Below are positions 11,121 through 22,924 of a stretch of 35,681 nt of DNA, in pieces. Under the pieces are notes generated by a model. The model saw nothing but the letters and a program-made list of their open reading frames with translations, was not told the DNA's origin and did not search any database. Made by a program: the position numbers and the translations under genes. The stretch covers positions 3,702,928 to 3,738,608 of the forward strand of contig NW_003526944.1 in the NCBI RefSeq assembly GCF_000181795.1, written 5' to 3'. Each line of letters starts with the position of its first letter. The first letter of the stretch is position 1. Origin of the DNA: Trichinella spiralis. Taxonomy: Eukaryota.

Positions 11121-12681
11121 ACGCAACCATGCCACGTTAATTAATAAGTGCAATGCATATAAAGCCCCGCGCAACGCTAAAGCATAGCAAAGCACGGTAT
11201 TCAACGCCAAGATGATTGTAGGGCTATTATACAAAAATCCATCCAGAACAACATAAAAAATAAGAATTTCGTAATAAGAATTATTTAATAAACTTATGTG
11301 ATGATGTACAAGACTATTACGTGAAACTAGTAATTTTTAGCATTAAATGGAAAACTGACAAAGTAATATCTAGCACTTCTCAGATATGCAGCGCAAATGA
11401 TTTATGGGCAAATTACTGAGATGTACTTTTCATTTCAGGAATTGAACGATTAGTAATTACAAGAAAACCAGTGACTCATATCAACTTCATCTTATGTGTG
11501 CATTTGTGAATATTCACCACAACCCGCTCCAAACATTAAACGTACAATTCATAGCTCAGCAGTGCTCTTCCAACGCCTTGCTCAGGCATGAACTAGCCAC
11601 GTTAATCAAGCGAACAAGCGCTACGCTATTGATAACGTAACCATGCCACGTTAATTAATAAGTGCAATGCATATAAAGCCCCGCGCAACGCTAAAGCATA
11701 GCAAAGCACGGCATTCAACGACCAAGACGGATGAAGGGCTATTGTACAAAAAACCAACAGGAATAACATAAAAAATGAGAATTTCGAAATCAGCACTATT
11801 TAATGAACTTATTGGATAATATACAAGACAATTACAATACGCTTGTAATTTTTTGAATTAAAAAATGAAAAAACTGAAAAGGCAGTATCCAGCTCGTTGA
11901 AGATATGCAACGCAAATCATTTACGGGCAAATTACTGAGATGTACTTTTCATTTCATGAATTGAACGATTAGTAATTACAAGAAAACCAATGACTCATAT
12001 CAGCTTCATCTTATATGTGTATTTGTGAATATTCACCACAACCCGCTCCAAACATTAAACGTACAATTCATAGCTCAGCAGTGCTCTTCCAACGCTTTGC
12101 CCAGGCATGAACTAGCCACGTTAATCAAGCAAAGAAGCGGTACGCTATTGATAACGTAACCATGTCACGTTAATTAACAAGTGCAATGCATATAAAGCCC
12201 CGCGCAACGCTAAAGCATAGCAAAGCACGGCATTCAACGCCAAGATGATTTTAGGGCTATTATACAAAAATCCATCCAGAACAACATAAAAAATAAGAAT
12301 TTCGTTATAAGAATTATTTTATAAACTTATGTGGTGATGTACAAGATTATAACGTGAAACTAGTAATTTTTAGTATTAAAAAATGGAAAACTGACAAAGT
12401 AATATCTAGCACTTCTCAGATATGAAGCGCAAATCATTTATGGGGAAATTACTGAGATGTACTTTTCATTTCATGAATTGAACGATTAGTAATTACAAGA
12501 AAACCAATGACTCATATCAGCTTAATCTTATGTGTGTTTCTGAATATTCACCACAACCCGCTCAAAACATTAAACATACAATTCATAGCACAGCAGTGCG
12601 CTTCCAACGCTTTGCCCAGGCCCGTGCTAGCCACGTTAATCAAGCGAGCATGCGCTCCTCTATTAATAACGCAACCATGCC
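11121..12681. repeat. tandem repeat of three ~516-bp units
   Basis: The unit start ccatg occurs at 11127, 11641, 12160 and 12675 (periods 514, 519, 515). The array is bounded by identical acgcaaccatgcc at 11121-11133 and 12669-12681. Confidence 0.95.
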
Positions 12682-13574
12682 TTTGTGAAATTTTATTGCA
12701 AATTTTTATAGAATCAAGGGAAAAGAAGTTTCTTGATAAAATAAGATTTGTTCCTGATTGTTGTTTATCGCTTACAGCATCATTAAACTTTATGATTTTT
12801 TAAACGTAATTTCTTTGATTAATTGCGCATCTCAAATGAAAATTAGTCAAAAGGAACAGATAGAAAAGCAAATTGGATGCAATATTGCATTTACTCCATT
12901 CATAAATGTCAAAATTGTGAGGCAGTTGAATAATCAAATTTTTCAAAAAATCAAAAATTGCATATTATGCAGGATTTATCAATATTTATTCCACGCACTT
13001 CAGCTTTTAATTATTACAAATGCAATGAATGATACGCAGCATTTTCCTATTAACGTTCTATAACAATTACTGAACTTTGAAGAGATTCTCACCTTTTTTG
13101 GAAAATCCCACGGGTTGCGACAGCTATTTGTGATAAGTTCCTAATTTATTTACTATTATTACAATGTCATACAACTGTTATCGCAAACTGCCATATTAAA
13201 ACAACATTTCCACATGCAACATATAGCTACAGTTGAAAAGCGAAAAACAGTTCAAAGAACGACATGTTTCGTATCACTGAGAAGCTACTTGATTAAGAAA
13301 AATGATGAACTACATGACACTAAATGAAATGATAATTTTTTGAACAAATTTAGACATGTTAATCGTACGTCATGACATTCAGGTATTAGACAATGTTGAA
13401 GGAAAATAACGCTGAAACTTCATTTCAACTATGCATTATATAAATATAAATTAATAAGAAATGTGTATGTTGAACGATTTATTTCCATTTCAGCTTGTTC
13501 TAAAACAACTACAAACGAATTAATCAAAGCAGACTGAAAATGAAGGAAAAATGGTTTGGCTAAACAAGTAAAAT

Positions 13575-14399
13575 NNNNNNNNNNNNNNNNNNNNNNNNNN
13601 NNNNNNNNNNNNNNNNNNNNNNNNNNNNNNNNNNNNNNNNNNNNNNNNNNNNNNNNNNNNNNNNNNNNNNNNNNNNNNNNNNNNNNNNNNNNNNNNNNNN
13701 NNNNNNNNNNNNNNNNNNNNNNNNNNNNNNNNNNNNNNNNNNNNNNNNNNNNNNNNNNNNNNNNNNNNNNNNNNNNNNNNNNNNNNNNNNNNNNNNNNNN
13801 NNNNNNNNNNNNNNNNNNNNNNNNNNNNNNNNNNNNNNNNNNNNNNNNNNNNNNNNNNNNNNNNNNNNNNNNNNNNNNNNNNNNNNNNNNNNNNNNNNNN
13901 NNNNNNNNNNNNNNNNNNNNNNNNNNNNNNNNNNNNNNNNNNNNNNNNNNNNNNNNNNNNNNNNNNNNNNNNNNNNNNNNNNNNNNNNNNNNNNNNNNNN
14001 NNNNNNNNNNNNNNNNNNNNNNNNNNNNNNNNNNNNNNNNNNNNNNNNNNNNNNNNNNNNNNNNNNNNNNNNNNNNNNNNNNNNNNNNNNNNNNNNNNNN
14101 NNNNNNNNNNNNNNNNNNNNNNNNNNNNNNNNNNNNNNNNNNNNNNNNNNNNNNNNNNNNNNNNNNNNNNNNNNNNNNNNNNNNNNNNNNNNNNNNNNNN
14201 NNNNNNNNNNNNNNNNNNNNNNNNNNNNNNNNNNNNNNNNNNNNNNNNNNNNNNNNNNNNNNNNNNNNNNNNNNNNNNNNNNNNNNNNNNNNNNNNNNNN
14301 NNNNNNNNNNNNNNNNNNNNNNNNNNNNNNNNNNNNNNNNNNNNNNNNNNNNNNNNNNNNNNNNNNNNNNNNNNNNNNNNNNNNNNNNNNNNNNNNNNN
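13575..14399. other. assembly gap (N run) inside the repeat region
   Basis: Continuous N bases. Confidence 1.
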
Positions 14400-17300
14400 T
14401 GTGAAGCATACAATTCTGTAATGTGAATTTGATAGCCAGATGTTTATCGATCTCTCATAACATCAGCGAATCGAATGTTGAAAATTTATGTACCTCTATA
14501 CTGCGCAGTGCTGCTTTTAATTATTATAAAAGCAATTAATTATTTGTTCCAGTTTTCCGAGAATATGCCAATAGTCGTACTGAACTTAAAAGTGAATATC
14601 TGAAAAGATAAGAAAAAATACCATGCATGGAGACCGTCAGTTGTGATCAGTTGTTAATTTATTTATTTTTATTCCATTTTCAATTAGGTTTTTCGCAAAC
14701 TAGTGCATTTATTGTTCATTTTCATAAGCGGGATGCAAGGAGTGCTGGAAAGCGAAAATACACTCAAAAAAGCGTAATTTTAATATCACTGAAACGGTAA
14801 TTGAATAATAAAGATGATGAACAGCATAGAAATGAGTGAAATGACAGTTTATTAACAAATAAAAGATATGCAATCCATACGATGGGACAATCGGGTATTG
14901 ATAAATGTGAAATAACGTTGGAAATTAATATCACTGGTGGATTATAAAGAGTTTAGTTAATATAAAGTTAGTATTGTCGGATGTTATTTGTCCGTTTCCT
15001 GCCGATTTGAAGCAACGTGCATCAAATTAATCACAACAGCCTAAAAATAAAGGAAAATTCAATCGCCGAAATGCAAAAAATATCACGAGAGGCATCAAAT
15101 TTTGAATGATTCCTTTACTGAAATACCAAAGCTGTTCTTCTTGGGAAATCTCACGCATCCTGGTTGTGTCTAAAAAACCTTTTGCATCGGCGAATTCACA
15201 GTATATTAGCATATCAATTTGCCAACTCTAAAAGTCATTTATCCCACAAAATCGCGGTTGTTTTCCATGTAACTTATCAAAACAATTTAATCTCTCCATA
15301 TGTATCGATGTTGCAAGGAAAATGCAAATACTGTGAAACAACGTTTTTCAGTCCCCAAAACAGCAAAGCGTATTTACTCCATGAAATTTTGATTTTTATA
15401 CGAAAATCTTTCAAACAGCTGCCTCGATGAATCGATGGAAATAGAAAATCGATTCCCACATTCCTTACACAATTCCTAGTAGCGTATTTTGCTGTAAATA
15501 ATCAGCAAAATTTGAATGTTAATGGTAATGACAAAAAAATAAAATGTTTGCAATTGATAGGCTCGCATAGAAGTGTCTTTAATTAAAATGTACTTTGACG
15601 CTGTCAATGGTTTCCGCAATGAGGATGTTCTATGTAGTAACAGAGGAACATGCAATTTGTACTTGATTTCTATTTACATAATGCAGGCTGCATGAATTTC
15701 AGACGTTTTATTTGAGCTACTGCATTCAAGGTTAACGATTTAGAATTAGTGTACAATGAAATTTACGATTTTTTAATGAACATTTATTGCAAAATTTCTT
15801 ACATAAATCCTATTTTCTAAAATGAGATTTTAACTAAGTTGCTACGTAGCGCAACGAGATTTTCATTAGTTTGGATAGTTGATTATATAAAAGATATTCT
15901 CTATCCAGATGGTGAAACTGATCTGAAGGTTAGTCACCAAAACTGAAATCCATTAACTTGCAACTAACATATTGTCTGTAGTGATATCTAGAAAGAACGT
16001 TAGTACAATTGTAAAAATGACTTACCTTTCAACTATTGATGATATTGAAGAGGACACTTCACCGCATTTCTTGAATGATGTTCATCACACATATTACAAT
16101 GATGACAATGAATAACTATGAAAATTACATTTCGAAAAGTAGGTCAAGCTCAAGGAAGTATTAATAGTTATAATATTCAAAAAAGAATAGTAAAATCTTG
16201 CCTTTGGTGATGTAAATTCGTTTTTGCTTAGTTAAACGCAACATCTCCCTTCACCTGAAAGCTGCCGAAAAGCACTAAGTCCCCACTCATCTGAAGTGGG
16301 CGAAACAACAAAGTCTCACACACCTCTTCCACGCGGAAAGCATAGGCTTTTTACTGCTTCGGGATCCAGAAGCTTGGGCTCTGCCTGCTCACACTGTCCG
16401 TTGTCTAAGTGAAGGGAGCTTTACGCTCCAACGTGAGAGGCAATTTTGTCTCTCTATTCTCTACCTGCTTCAAATAATTCATCTCCCACTCCGGGCATAT
16501 CTGCCATTTCACTGAACTCATTAATGCTATTTTGCTCTTTCATTTTTATTACATTGAACATTTATTCGTTTTTTTTCAAAAATGTTTCATTAATAAAGAA
16601 TTATTATGTTGCATTGCTTTTGGTTTACATTAAAACAAATAAAAATAGCATTTTTTCTTACTTTTATCAACGTTTCAATTTATTCAATTGTGTTATGCGA
16701 ATTTAATTTTTGAAATTTAATTTAAATTTGATTTTCCAACCTAAACTCTACTTCATATCTCGCTCGCTGGAAACTATTAATTGCAAACAGTATATTTTCC
16801 CCTTGTTAGCTAACCCTACATGGCTGTCGTCAATTACATATCATAATCATAATCGTAATCAAATGTACAAATCTAATCGAATAGCGTTCTGATGGATACA
16901 ATTGGCCATTCAAATCGACTTCAGTCAACTAAATCCAAGCTTGTCTTAAACACAACAAACAAGCAGTATTCAGTTTGATATATACATGTATGTAAATGTT
17001 TTTTTAATTTTATTCTTTTTTCAGTTCTAATTCAGAATTCTTTGCATATTAAGAAATTATGAAAATAAATAAAAATAACAGAACAAATTATGATCATACT
17101 AGAAATTATTCATAGAACACAGTTCATATTATATAAACATTGCATTAGCACAAGCAGTCGACTATCAAAACGAAAATGATGTGCAATTGGGAATTTCAAC
17201 CTGATACTGAAAATTAACAAGTAAAAAATATGCATTTGTATACATACGCTAACGCTAGGTGGAAAATTTATTCTCGTCAGACAAATGCATACAAAATTGA

Positions 17301-17488
17301 ACTACAAATGAATTAGAGAGAAAGCTGAAACAAACAAATTTTGTGACCAGTATGCCAGGTAAAGTCGATTACTGAAATAATATAAAAAGCAAACTAATTC
17401 ACAGCCGTACTAAATGACAAAATTTTTTAAATAATAAATAAACAAATGTACCAAAAAAAACTAATCACCAACATTGGTGCAAACAACA

Positions 17489-19584
17489 TCAACGTGCTGT
17501 AGAAGTGTGATGCCTGGTTGTTGTAACGGTCCAAAAAGAGCCGCCTGTTGTTGATGGTGCTTGTCGCTGCTGTCCAACTTCTTCCGGCCGTTGTTGTTGC
17601 CCTGCATGAGGTCCATGACCAACATCTTCAGGCCAATTTGTACGCCTCATGCCGCTATTTTCAGAGCTGTGAAAATGATGTTCTTGTTCATTGTGAACGG
17701 TGAAACTGCTCGGTGGCCATTTGGTTGTCATTCGCCCGGGCATCTTGCCGAGGAATAGTTTCGACTGAGAACCACCAGGCTGACCAGTAAGCTGATTTCC
17801 ATAAACTGTGGTGTCATGCTGCTGCCATTGAGTCGACATTGCAGGTTGTTCTTTTAAAATTGATCGCTGAGAACTGTGATAAGTCGACTTGGAATACGAC
17901 TGATTTGCATTTTCTGCAAAAGGCATTTTCGCTTGTTGACCCATCCAAGAACGGTCAACAAATTGATCATGAGAAGAAAAAGGCGCTTCTGTGAAAGCTT
18001 GATGCTGCTGCTGCTGTTGCTGTTGAGCAGAAGGTTGCCAATTGAGCGGCCGTGATGTTTGGTAGGATCTTGTTTGTGTAGTTGAATAATTCGAAGTGTA
18101 TCGACTACTGTTCGTTGATTCAGCAGGCGGATGCTGTTGTGGCGGTATTTCAACTACACTTTGAGAAGAATAATGAGTTGAGTAGACGTTCGCCGGTACT
18201 GGAGTCGTTGAAATCCTATCCTCTGCAAACGAAGATCCACCTGCTTTTGCGCTGTTTGTTGAATACGACTTATCCGAAGTCTGATGGTCAACAATTGTCG
18301 CCGGTCGAATCATATCTGGCTTTACAAATACAGTTCCAAACCAAGAATCGAAAGGAGGCTTGCCTTCCTGGCTAACCGTTTCGCTTGTTGTGATGGTCGT
18401 TTTCGGCTCTGCCCCTGCCGTGGTCGAGGAACGCTCAGTTCTGGTGGTGGTGGTGGTGGTAGTGGTCTTCATTTGCTTGTAGTAATGCTTCGCTTGACCG
18501 TCATCCGGAAGTGGAAACGGCATGGCAATTGTACTTGTCGATTTGGCCCAAGGAGCGCTGGATGCCCAGTTGTTCTTCGCCACACTTTCCTGCTGAATCC
18601 AACTTGTCGGATCGTCGACCTTTTTCATATAGGTTCGGGTCTTCTCGATGCGAGTTACTGTTTTCTGGGCGGTTGGTTGGCGCGTATCACATTCCACTAG
18701 CACACGTTCGATCGGTATTTCAGTCGACTGGGATGTCGGCTTGAAAAAATCAGTATTCGCTTGATCTGCTGCTTTTTGGGCAGTGCTTTCCAAATTCCAA
18801 TGCTCCTCAGTCTTACCAGTATTCTTGTCGAGCAGTGGAACGCCTTTGAAAACAACACTGCTGCCATGCTGCTGTTCCATTTTTTCCATCAAATTTGCCA
18901 TTTCAGCAGGAATAAATTCCCTCATATTTGGCACTGCCTCTGCGCCTTGCTTTTCCATTTTCACTGTAGTAGAGATGATTTTCGTTGTGGTTGACGAATT
19001 CGGTGATTTCGACACTTTCGTTTCAGTTTTCACCTCTTTCCTATATCCGTCTTCAACCGTGCTTTCAAAAGAGACTGCAGATCCAATTTGATTTGCTTCA
19101 ACATTATCCGCATGTTGCTGCTGTTTAGCTGTCGTTTCAGAAGTACTGCTTCCATTTTGCTCAGTTGTCAACTTGGTGCTGCCAGTTGATGAATAATGTA
19201 TCGGCTTGACAGATGAAACTTCAATTGGACTCATTTCAATTTTCGACGTTGTTACTGTACTGCTGCTGTCGCCACATTCCTTCGATCCCACCACTGTTGA
19301 CGTAGGGTTGTGCAAAGTCTGCTTGTCCCCTGGCTCATTTTCAGAACTGTAAACTGTCGTCTTAACTACCGTCGACTGAGATGTTGTTGTCCCTTGTTTC
19401 TCGACATCTTTTTCAACAGTTACATGTTCCACATTGGACGATGCTTCAGCTTTCTTCTCCTCTTGTGAACAAACTGGTAACAACTGTTCGGTCGCATTTT
19501 GGACATTCCCTACATCAGTGGACGTCACAACGATCCGCTGCTGTTCCGCTGCTTTGGAGTCGTCACTCTTTTCCACTGCAGATA

Positions 19585-19626
<42 letters not shown>

Positions 19627-20479
19627 CTGTTTGAATATGAACAACTGATTTTGCATTTTCTTCTTCCGCTTGAATATTCGCTTCATTCTGCTGCTGCGAA
19701 ACAGCAGAAGAATCCGACTGAATTTGATCAACAACTTGCTTTTCCATTTCAGATTCAACGGATGCGGGCTCAGCTGTAACGACAGCTGTTTCATTTTCTA
19801 CAGTATTTTGAATTTTGTCAACTTGTTTCTCAGCTTCTGAATCGACCGGTGCCGTCGGCTCAGATTTGATGACGGTATTTGGATCATTTTCGTTGCGAGA
19901 ACCATTTTCAGTCGTATTGTCCGTTGAATTTTCTTGAACAATCGTACAAATTTCAACAGTTTCTATTGCACCGGTGTTTTTTTCTGTTTCTGCAGAATCT
20001 GTGTTTGTGAAGTTTTCCACATTATCCGGCTCTTTCTTTTCATTTAAATCATCTGCCGATTGAACAGTCACCGCTGTATCTGGACTCTGGGAATTAAGCA
20101 TCGCCTCGTTATTAATATTGCCTGAATTTTGAACCGACGAATTGAAAGACCATTCCTGCTTTGTAGTCTGTGCGGCCATTTCCATGGTGGTGTTCGATTG
20201 AACAGGAGCAACTGTCGCGGATGGTTCATTGTGTACGATAATTTTCAACGCTGGCTTAGATCGACGTCTCGAAAATTCTTCATCCTCCTCCTCCTCCTCT
20301 TCTTCTTCTTCTTCTTCAACAACTGGCTTTTTAGAATTCTTTCGAGGTGCAGGCTGAGGCATTTCAACGCTCTGTTCAGAGTTCACGTTGTCAGTTTGGG
20401 CTTCATCGTGACTTTCTTCGACAATTGTCGACGACATTACTACCTGCGATTCTGAACCGCTTGTGCCGTCGTCGTCCAT
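17489..20479 (-). CDS. 996-aa low-complexity E/Q/S/T-rich, probably disordered protein of unknown function; single coding exon
   Basis: Uninterrupted 3-kb ORF. First ATG is at 20479, just after the acceptor catccAG (AG at 20490-20489). It has poly-E, poly-Q and poly-T tracts, no signal peptide and no domain I recognise. A likely non-coding upstream exon ends at 21042 (donor GTAAGT, 21041-21036). Confidence 0.85.
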
Positions 20480-20970
20480 TTGCAAACGCTGGATGTACCA
20501 AGAAAAAATAACGCAAAAAATTATTCATAATTAAAAAAAATAATTTTCATTCAAAATAAAAAACTAAAAAACAATGTCAAACACACCGACGACAATTTCT
20601 TCAATTCAGCATCACTAATCAATCATCAATAAAATATTCAATTTGAATAGGACAAAATTCTAAAATCCTAATAATATCTTGTAAACAATTCAATGCTTTT
20701 ACAATTAAGTAAAATCTAAAAGTGAAGTTGCAATTTATTAATAATAATAAATCAAGAATTACATAGATAAAGTTCGTATTTAAGTAAAGTACAATTTAAC
20801 TCAAAACTTTTCTTCTCATCAACACTGACAAACAAGCTGTTTGTGATGCTCAAATAGGACGAATGCATTCAAAATATTATATTTGAAAGAAGAAGTTTTT
20901 CAAGTTCAAGTTTAAGTTAACTTGAACTTCAAATAACTTGAATCCCAAGAAAACTGTATTCAAAGTATTC

Positions 20971-20971
<1 letters not shown>

Positions 20972-21004
<33 letters not shown>
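20972..21004. repeat. (TTA)n microsatellite
   Basis: ttattattatta... run in the putative first intron. Confidence 0.9.
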
Positions 21005-21007
<3 letters not shown>

Positions 21008-21220
21008 AGTGCATAATTTTCAATGAGAAAATAGAACTTACTCAACAATCAAGAAGCGATGAAAAGCAAAACTAGTAGGCTAAGTTTCAAGGTTGCCAAA
21101 GCTGCAAAATTTTAGCAGAGAAGAAGAAGTCAGTTAGTTTCAACGGCGGACGTTGCAAAAACCACACCATCAGCTGGCAACAACTAACATGCTTTCGATA
21201 CATTTCGAAGCTGACGAAAA

Positions 21221-21276
21221 TGACGTCATCCTGTAGCGGCTGTTTCTCCCCCGCCCACGCAATTTCTACTGATTGG
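21221..21276 (-). promoter_or_regulatory. candidate promoter module: CCAAT box, GC box, CRE
   Basis: On the minus strand: CCAAT (21276-21272), GGGCGGGGG (21256-21248), palindromic TGACGTCA (21221-21228), upstream of the putative 5' exon of the 996-aa gene. Confidence 0.5.
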
Positions 21277-22090
21277 CTTGATTGCTTTATTCTCTATCTT
21301 TCACTTTCCACCATTGTTCGAAAAATTATTTATTTTCATCCCTCACTCACGTTGTGCAACTAAAAACTACACACAAACACAAACATACACTCACAACGTG
21401 CATGCATACCACCTCAATGCAAAATTATCGTTGGCACTGCATGGCAAATGATGAATTTCTTTTTTCTATTTCAGTTTCAAGCTAACAACAAAAACATCCC
21501 AGTAATGCGTCATTGCCATAAAAAATGCTAATAATCATAACAACAACAACAATAATAAATTGTTCAAAATGTTCCCATTGAATTTTTTTTTCATCTTTCG
21601 TAAACAAAAATTAACACTATAAATTCACTTGTTCAACTAACTCTTTGCCTGGATTCGAATTTTAAAAACGGAAATTGCTTTTCCTGAAATATTTGCAAAC
21701 AACATATCACAACAGCTGTGCCATCATCAGCTGAAATAAATAAACCAGCCAAAAAAAATTTCCATTCACTAAAAATGCACAAGAAAACAACAATATTTTA
21801 TTGATTGCATTCCGATGGATCATTTAAAACAATGAATAATAATAATTAAAATATGCGAACTAACAGATGATCAATTGTTTGATCAGTCATTCATTCATTC
21901 AGCTTGTGTTGAAACGTTTGCTTCAAGTAATTATTTATTATGCAACACATCGGAAAGTTTTTAAATAAAAATCATCACGTGCAAATAAACAACAATGAAA
22001 ATAAAAGATGCATACTTTTGTAAAAATTAATTCAATATTAATTATATAATTTATTTATCAAAAAACATAAAAGCATACCGTAAAAAATGT

Positions 22091-22677
22091 TTACGTTTCA
22101 GATTTTAAATTGATGCTGAAACGAACTGCAGGCATTTCTTGCACATCGGCAACTACTGCCGCGTTCAAGCCAAAATCGCCCAAAACGCCGCGTATTAAGC
22201 CCCTCGTGAATGCCAAATATCTCTGCACTTCTTCTTGGTATTGATTGTTATTTGAGAACGGTTGCAACAAAACAAACGAATTATCATAAATCACATATAT
22301 ACCCTGAATAAAATAAAAATTATATTCATATGCATAAATTATTAAATTTCAACAATACCTGATGATTGGTTCTCAAACTGTTCACCTGTTTGCCAAAGAT
22401 GGCACACCAAAATTCTTTGCAAAGAAATTTGACCACATCAATTTCAGCGCGCAATGGAAGCATATCCATTGACAAACTGAAAAAAATAAAATAATACAAA
22501 CATCCACATATATATATATATATATATACATATTACATACAATTCAGCTAAAGCGAGACCAACTCGAACGCCCATATCTTCCAATTTTTTCAATACGCTT
22601 GCTTCATCCGCATAGGTGAGCAAAAATTGAACAATCTCAGAATGCAAATATTCAAAAGGAAATTCTGTTATTGACAT
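22091..22677 (-). CDS. TRAPPC6B: TRAPP complex subunit 6 (Trs33 family), 3 exons
   Basis: Exons 22677-22541, 22476-22359 and 22303-22091 with GT-AG introns. The spliced protein has LEDMGVRVG, VVKFLCKEFWCAIFGKQVNSLRTNHQGIYVIYDN and YLAFTRGLIRGVL. The A/B paralog suffix is not resolvable. Confidence 0.93.
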
Positions 22678-22924
22678 TTTTCAAATCACTGCAATGTAAA
22701 AAATACAATATTAAAATTATTAAACTGCAAATAGATACATAAAATAATTTCGAAATTGGACGTATGCATTTTTGTCAAAACAACGTTGAAATTCCATTTA
22801 AACATTTTTAATTATAATAAAAACAAACAAAACAAAGCAAACAAGCAAATCATTACGACAGTGATGTGATAATATTTCGTTTCAATTTCTAATTGAATCA
22901 ATTTTGGCAATTTTGATAAAAATA

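Larger units (their letters stand above)
8940..15250. repeat. array of diverged ~1.4-1.5 kb direct repeats (about four partial copies)
   Basis: Anchors recur in the same order: aaatc(tc)acgcat (~8979, ~10467, ~15147), ttcctga..tacag (~9494, ~10844, ~12751), aaagcgaaa..tcaaa (~10063, ~13237, ~14749) and gcaa(a/g)ct after an AT-rich block (~10008, ~11105, ~13183, ~14695). Boundaries are approximate. Confidence 0.7.

Noticed and set aside
11290..11345. Spliced-leader RNA genes in the 516-bp units (AATTTTT Sm-like tract)
   Set aside because: No conserved AG/GT donor at the expected distance upstream, and this part of the unit is poorly conserved.
12507..13063. ORFs of 98 and 101 aa in the repeat region
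   Set aside because: Not kept open in the other repeat copies and no recognisable protein features.
16271..16306. Hammerhead-like stem followed by CGAAAC
   Set aside because: The CUGANGA core is absent before the stem.
17561..20455. Many antisense or alternate-frame ORFs including poly-C and poly-A peptides
   Set aside because: Shadows of the CAG/GAA-rich 996-aa coding strand.
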